A DNA stretch of 50,337 bases, taken from IMG/VR virus record IMGVR_UViG_3300030376_000179, positions 1 through 50,337 of that record; one strand, 5' to 3'. A program made the position numbers and the translations under genes. A model generated the notes under the pieces. It worked only from the letters and a program-made list of their open reading frames with translations. It ran no database searches and was not told where the DNA came from. Each line of letters opens with the position of its first letter. The first letter of the stretch is position 1. Shown here piece by piece: positions 47,643 to 50,337 of the stretch. This DNA is from a virus (Duplodnaviria; Caudoviricetes).

Positions 47643-47951
47643 ATGGCAGATATAAAACTTAAAAAAATAGAGTATCATTCAGTACATAGTCATTTTACAT
47701 ATGACATACCTGAAGAATCAGTAATTGAAACTTTTGGTTCTGTTCAAAGATTTAATGAAATTATATCACATCTTGGTAATGATTGGCCAGCATCAGAAAA
47801 GATTGGCGAACCACCCACAGATGAAGAAGACGATAAACTAATGGACTTTCTATCAGAAATTGATTATGAAAGAGAAGAAGATTGGTTTAGTGATAGAAAA
47901 GGTGGTTATGAAATATCTTATGAAATTTTGAAACCTAAAGATAATGAATAA
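47643..47951 (+). CDS. acidic hypothetical protein
   Basis: 102 aa with AAGGTGAT RBS. Confidence 0.6.
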   Translation: MADIKLKKIEYHSVHSHFTYDIPEESVIETFGSVQRFNEIISHLGNDWPASEKIGEPPTDEEDDKLMDFLSEIDYEREEDWFSDRKGGYEISYEILKPKDNE

Positions 47952-47966
47952 AGTAGAGGTAATATA

Positions 47967-48179
47967 ATGACATTAGAAGTAAAAGTAAGAAATAACAATG
48001 TAGAAAAAGCCATCAGGCAACTAAAGAAAAAAGTTATGAAAGATGGTTTATTAAAAGAACTTAAACGAAGACAATTCTATGAGAAACCTTCGTTAAAGAA
48101 ACAACGTTTGATGAAAGAAAATATTAAACGTGTAAACAAATTAAGACGCCAACAAGAGCGACTTGATAACAGCAACTAA
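47967..48179 (+). CDS. rpsU: 30S ribosomal protein bS21
   Basis: V.VRNNNVEKAIRQLKKK...ELKRRQFYEKPS.K motif, 70 aa. Confidence 0.9.
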   Translation: MTLEVKVRNNNVEKAIRQLKKKVMKDGLLKELKRRQFYEKPSLKKQRLMKENIKRVNKLRRQQERLDNSN

Positions 48180-48196
48180 AGAAAGGACCTTATATT

Positions 48197-48451
48197 ATGG
48201 GTAGACAAAAACTTGCTAATAGCACTAAATTTCTTAACGCAATGTTAAGAGGTGAAAACGTAACTTGGGCTGACGCTCAGAACAAGTTTAACTTGAAACG
48301 ACCAAGAGCGGTTGTTGATAAAATCCGTGAGGAAGGACATTGTGTCTATATCAACAAAAACTCAAAAGGTACTTATTACAGAATAGGTACTCCATCTAAA
48401 GCGTTAATCGCTGCCGGCTTTGCCGCTTTAGAACCATCAGTTTATGCATAA
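48197..48451 (+). CDS. small basic protein, possible winged-helix DNA binder
   Basis: Pattern of helices followed by a beta-hairpin (IREEGHCVY...YYRIG); AAGGA RBS. Confidence 0.5.
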   Translation: MGRQKLANSTKFLNAMLRGENVTWADAQNKFNLKRPRAVVDKIREEGHCVYINKNSKGTYYRIGTPSKALIAAGFAALEPSVYA

Positions 48452-48461
48452 GCATAAATAG

Positions 48462-48564
48462 TCATGAGGGCAATTCGTAAGACCTTCGTGAGTGTTGCCT
48501 CTCGTATAAGACAACACATTTAGTCTTTTTTTAGGGTTTAGACTTGAAAAAAACAAAACCCTAA
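48462..48564 (+). ncRNA. candidate structured RNA with three hairpins
   Basis: Begins just after CATAAATA (48453). Stems 48463-70/48483-90, 48492-97/48512-17 and 48531-39/48556-64. Confidence 0.4.
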
Positions 48565-48567
48565 CTA

Positions 48568-48630
48568 TATAAATAATAGTGTACGCCATAATGGGTACAT
48601 TTTTAACTTGCTTATAAAGGAGAAACTATG
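48568..48630 (+). promoter_or_regulatory. late promoter plus ROSE-like 5'UTR of hsp20
   Basis: TATAAATA, hairpin TGTACgCCA-TAA-TGGGTACA, then CTTGCTT-ATA-AAGGAG. Confidence 0.5.
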
Positions 48631-49047
48631 ACAAGAAACTTATCTATTTGGAACGATCTAAGACCTTTTACAATAGGGTTTGACGATCTGTTCAATCAGT
48701 TTGATCATTATGTAGATAATAGATCAACAACTTTTCCACCATACAATATTGTGAAAGGCAAAGACGATCTCAATTGGACAATTGAAATGGCACTTGCTGG
48801 TTATAATAAAAATGATATTGAGGTGAAATATGCTGACAATACTATTACAATCAAGTCAACTCATAAAGATGAGGAAGACAAAGATACAATTCATAGAGGT
48901 ATTGCTAAAAGACACTTTACAAGATCATTCACAACTGCTGATGATGTTGAAGTAAGAGGTGCTGAAATGAAAGATGGTATGTTATCAATTGCACTAGAGA
49001 AAATTTTACCTGAAGGTAAAAAACCTAGAACAATCGATATTGCATAA
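48628..49047 (+). CDS. hsp20: small heat shock protein (Hsp20/IbpA-like)
   Basis: GFDDLF, FPPYNI, ALAGY, HRGIAKRHFTRSF and GMLSI motifs. Confidence 0.93.
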   Translation: MTRNLSIWNDLRPFTIGFDDLFNQFDHYVDNRSTTFPPYNIVKGKDDLNWTIEMALAGYNKNDIEVKYADNTITIKSTHKDEEDKDTIHRGIAKRHFTRSFTTADDVEVRGAEMKDGMLSIALEKILPEGKKPRTIDIA

Positions 49048-49058
49048 AAAAAATAGAT

Positions 49059-49078
49059 GGGCGGAGTAATTTCCGCCC
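49059..49078. terminator. hairpin after hsp20
   Basis: GGGCGGA-GTAATT-TCCGCCC, overlapping CTAAATA at 49078. Confidence 0.55.
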
Positions 49079-49151
49079 TAAATAATAATGTGTTTAAACT
49101 TTTTAGATAAACTTTTGAACACGCCTTTTTAACAATTAACAAGGAGATATC

Positions 49152-50186
49152 ATGTTAAGAAATACTATAGTGCCATTGGATCAGGCCGACAATATAGATC
49201 CATCAATTATACCAATACCAAATTATTCACACATATCAAAAAACATTAAGGTAGGTAAACCTAAATGGATTGAATTTAATAACATGCACATTGATGATGA
49301 AGGCAATGTTACTAGAGATAATGATGGTGGGTATCAATCACACATAACAGACTTAGAGACATCTTTTACAAATGGCGTTAGAACTAACGAAGAAGTTGGT
49401 GCTGTTTTAGATAGAGGATCTGGTTATCCAAAAAGATATCAGTTAAAATATTCTTATCATAGAACGGATGCACTTCTAAATTTAGGTAGAAAAGGTCATT
49501 GGTATTATGTTATAGATGCTAACGATAGTGAATGGTTAGATATTTGTTCAGTTGAAAACGAACCTAAACCACCTAAACTTGCTAACAAAGAACAAGAGAT
49601 AGCAACTATTCAAGCAAAACAAATAGATTTAGGTAATCTAGTAAATGATGAGGATAAAATAAAACTAAGACTAAAACAAATATATCCTACTAGACCTAAA
49701 CCCTCTTTAGATAGAATAGCACAAGCAATCTTTGAAATGAAAAAAACTAAAGTAAGATTTACATATTGGACTAATCCTAAAATAAAAAGATGGAGAGAAG
49801 ATAACTATTCTGGTTATTTTGAGATTGATGGTAAACTAGATACTAAAGTTAATATGCACGGTTTTACGTCTAAGATTGGCGGTCTTTATAGAACCTTTCA
49901 TAGAGCAAGAACAAAGTATGCTGAAGCAAAAAGAAAATCTTATGTTTCATGTTTTACAGGTCAAATAACACAAACAGAAACCTTACAAAAACAAAGACAA
50001 TCAATAATAGACGAATACATTGAGTTGAGAGTTACAGACTATATTGTTTATGGTAAAAATGTTTGTTTTCTAAAACTTAACGGATTTTTTCCACAAGATA
50101 AAACAGAAAGCAAGAAAACATTCTTTGACAGTAATATTCAAACTAGAGTTGAAAAACTAGTACAGAAAAAAATTGAAAGTCTATAA
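49152..50186 (+). CDS. hypothetical protein
   Basis: 344 aa with AAGGAG RBS; weak ParB-like YHR..AL..LG pattern. Confidence 0.6.
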   Translation: MLRNTIVPLDQADNIDPSIIPIPNYSHISKNIKVGKPKWIEFNNMHIDDEGNVTRDNDGGYQSHITDLETSFTNGVRTNEEVGAVLDRGSGYPKRYQLKYSYHRTDALLNLGRKGHWYYVIDANDSEWLDICSVENEPKPPKLANKEQEIATIQAKQIDLGNLVNDEDKIKLRLKQIYPTRPKPSLDRIAQAIFEMKKTKVRFTYWTNPKIKRWREDNYSGYFEIDGKLDTKVNMHGFTSKIGGLYRTFHRARTKYAEAKRKSYVSCFTGQITQTETLQKQRQSIIDEYIELRVTDYIVYGKNVCFLKLNGFFPQDKTESKKTFFDSNIQTRVEKLVQKKIESL

Positions 50187-50191
50187 AAAAT

Positions 50192-50226
50192 GGGGGCTTG
50201 ACAAGAGCCCCCTTTTATGATATAAT
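50192..50226 (+). promoter_or_regulatory. terminator hairpin overlapping a consensus sigma70 promoter
   Basis: GGGGGCT/AGCCCCC-TTTT stem; TTGACA (50198)-17-TATAAT (50221) with TGn. Confidence 0.75.
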
Positions 50227-50233
50227 GTGAAAC

Positions 50234-50337
50234 ATGTATAAATTTAAAGAGAACATAATACTTGATGATGTGAAAAAGTATATTGATGAAACTTATGGTT
50301 CTCATTATGCTAAAACACAAAAACAAGCAACAGAAAT
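50234..50337 (+). CDS. 3'-truncated conserved T4-like hypothetical protein
   Basis: MYKFKENIILDDVKKYIDETYGSHYAK... is open to the window end, directly after the promoter. Confidence 0.6.
   Translation, partial: MYKFKENIILDDVKKYIDETYGSHYAKTQKQATE

Noticed and set aside
49088-49132. 14-codon ORF after CTAAATA
   Set aside because: Too short to support without expression data; expected by chance.
1-50337. tRNA genes, CRISPR arrays, introns, inteins, homing endonucleases
   Set aside because: No cloverleaf or repeat-spacer pattern was seen by eye, intergenic gaps are short, and core genes are uninterrupted and of normal length. A tRNAscan run would be the definitive check.

Overview
AT-rich segment of a T4-like (myovirus) phage genome, with every credible gene on the + strand. 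Gene content (bS21, many 2OG-Fe(II) oxygenases, Hsp20, CobS-like ATPase, short gp23) points to a marine SAR11/Pelagibacter-type or cyanophage-related myophage; the host is inferred, not shown. 1-20.2 kb is an accessory virion-fibre island: two SPRY/lectin plus partner gene pairs, a fibre/chaperone pair, and four paralogous glycine-rich proteins interleaved with six 2OG-Fe(II) oxygenases. The core morphogenesis module gp13-gp23 and gp3 follows (20.3-34.2 kb), then uvsY/uvsW, gp55, gp47/gp46 with three methyltransferases, and a peptidase-vWA/AAA+ pair, bS21 and Hsp20. The best candidate for an undescribed system is a tandemly duplicated unit of [Gly-rich A - Gly-rich B - identical 29-bp hairpin element - variable oxygenase cassette]. 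Other notable signals are a ROSE-like thermometer and a structured RNA upstream of hsp20, a perfect geneless antisense sigma70 promoter, twin double-operator early promoters, and many apparently leaderless transcripts. All calls are by eye from motifs and synteny; no searches were run.
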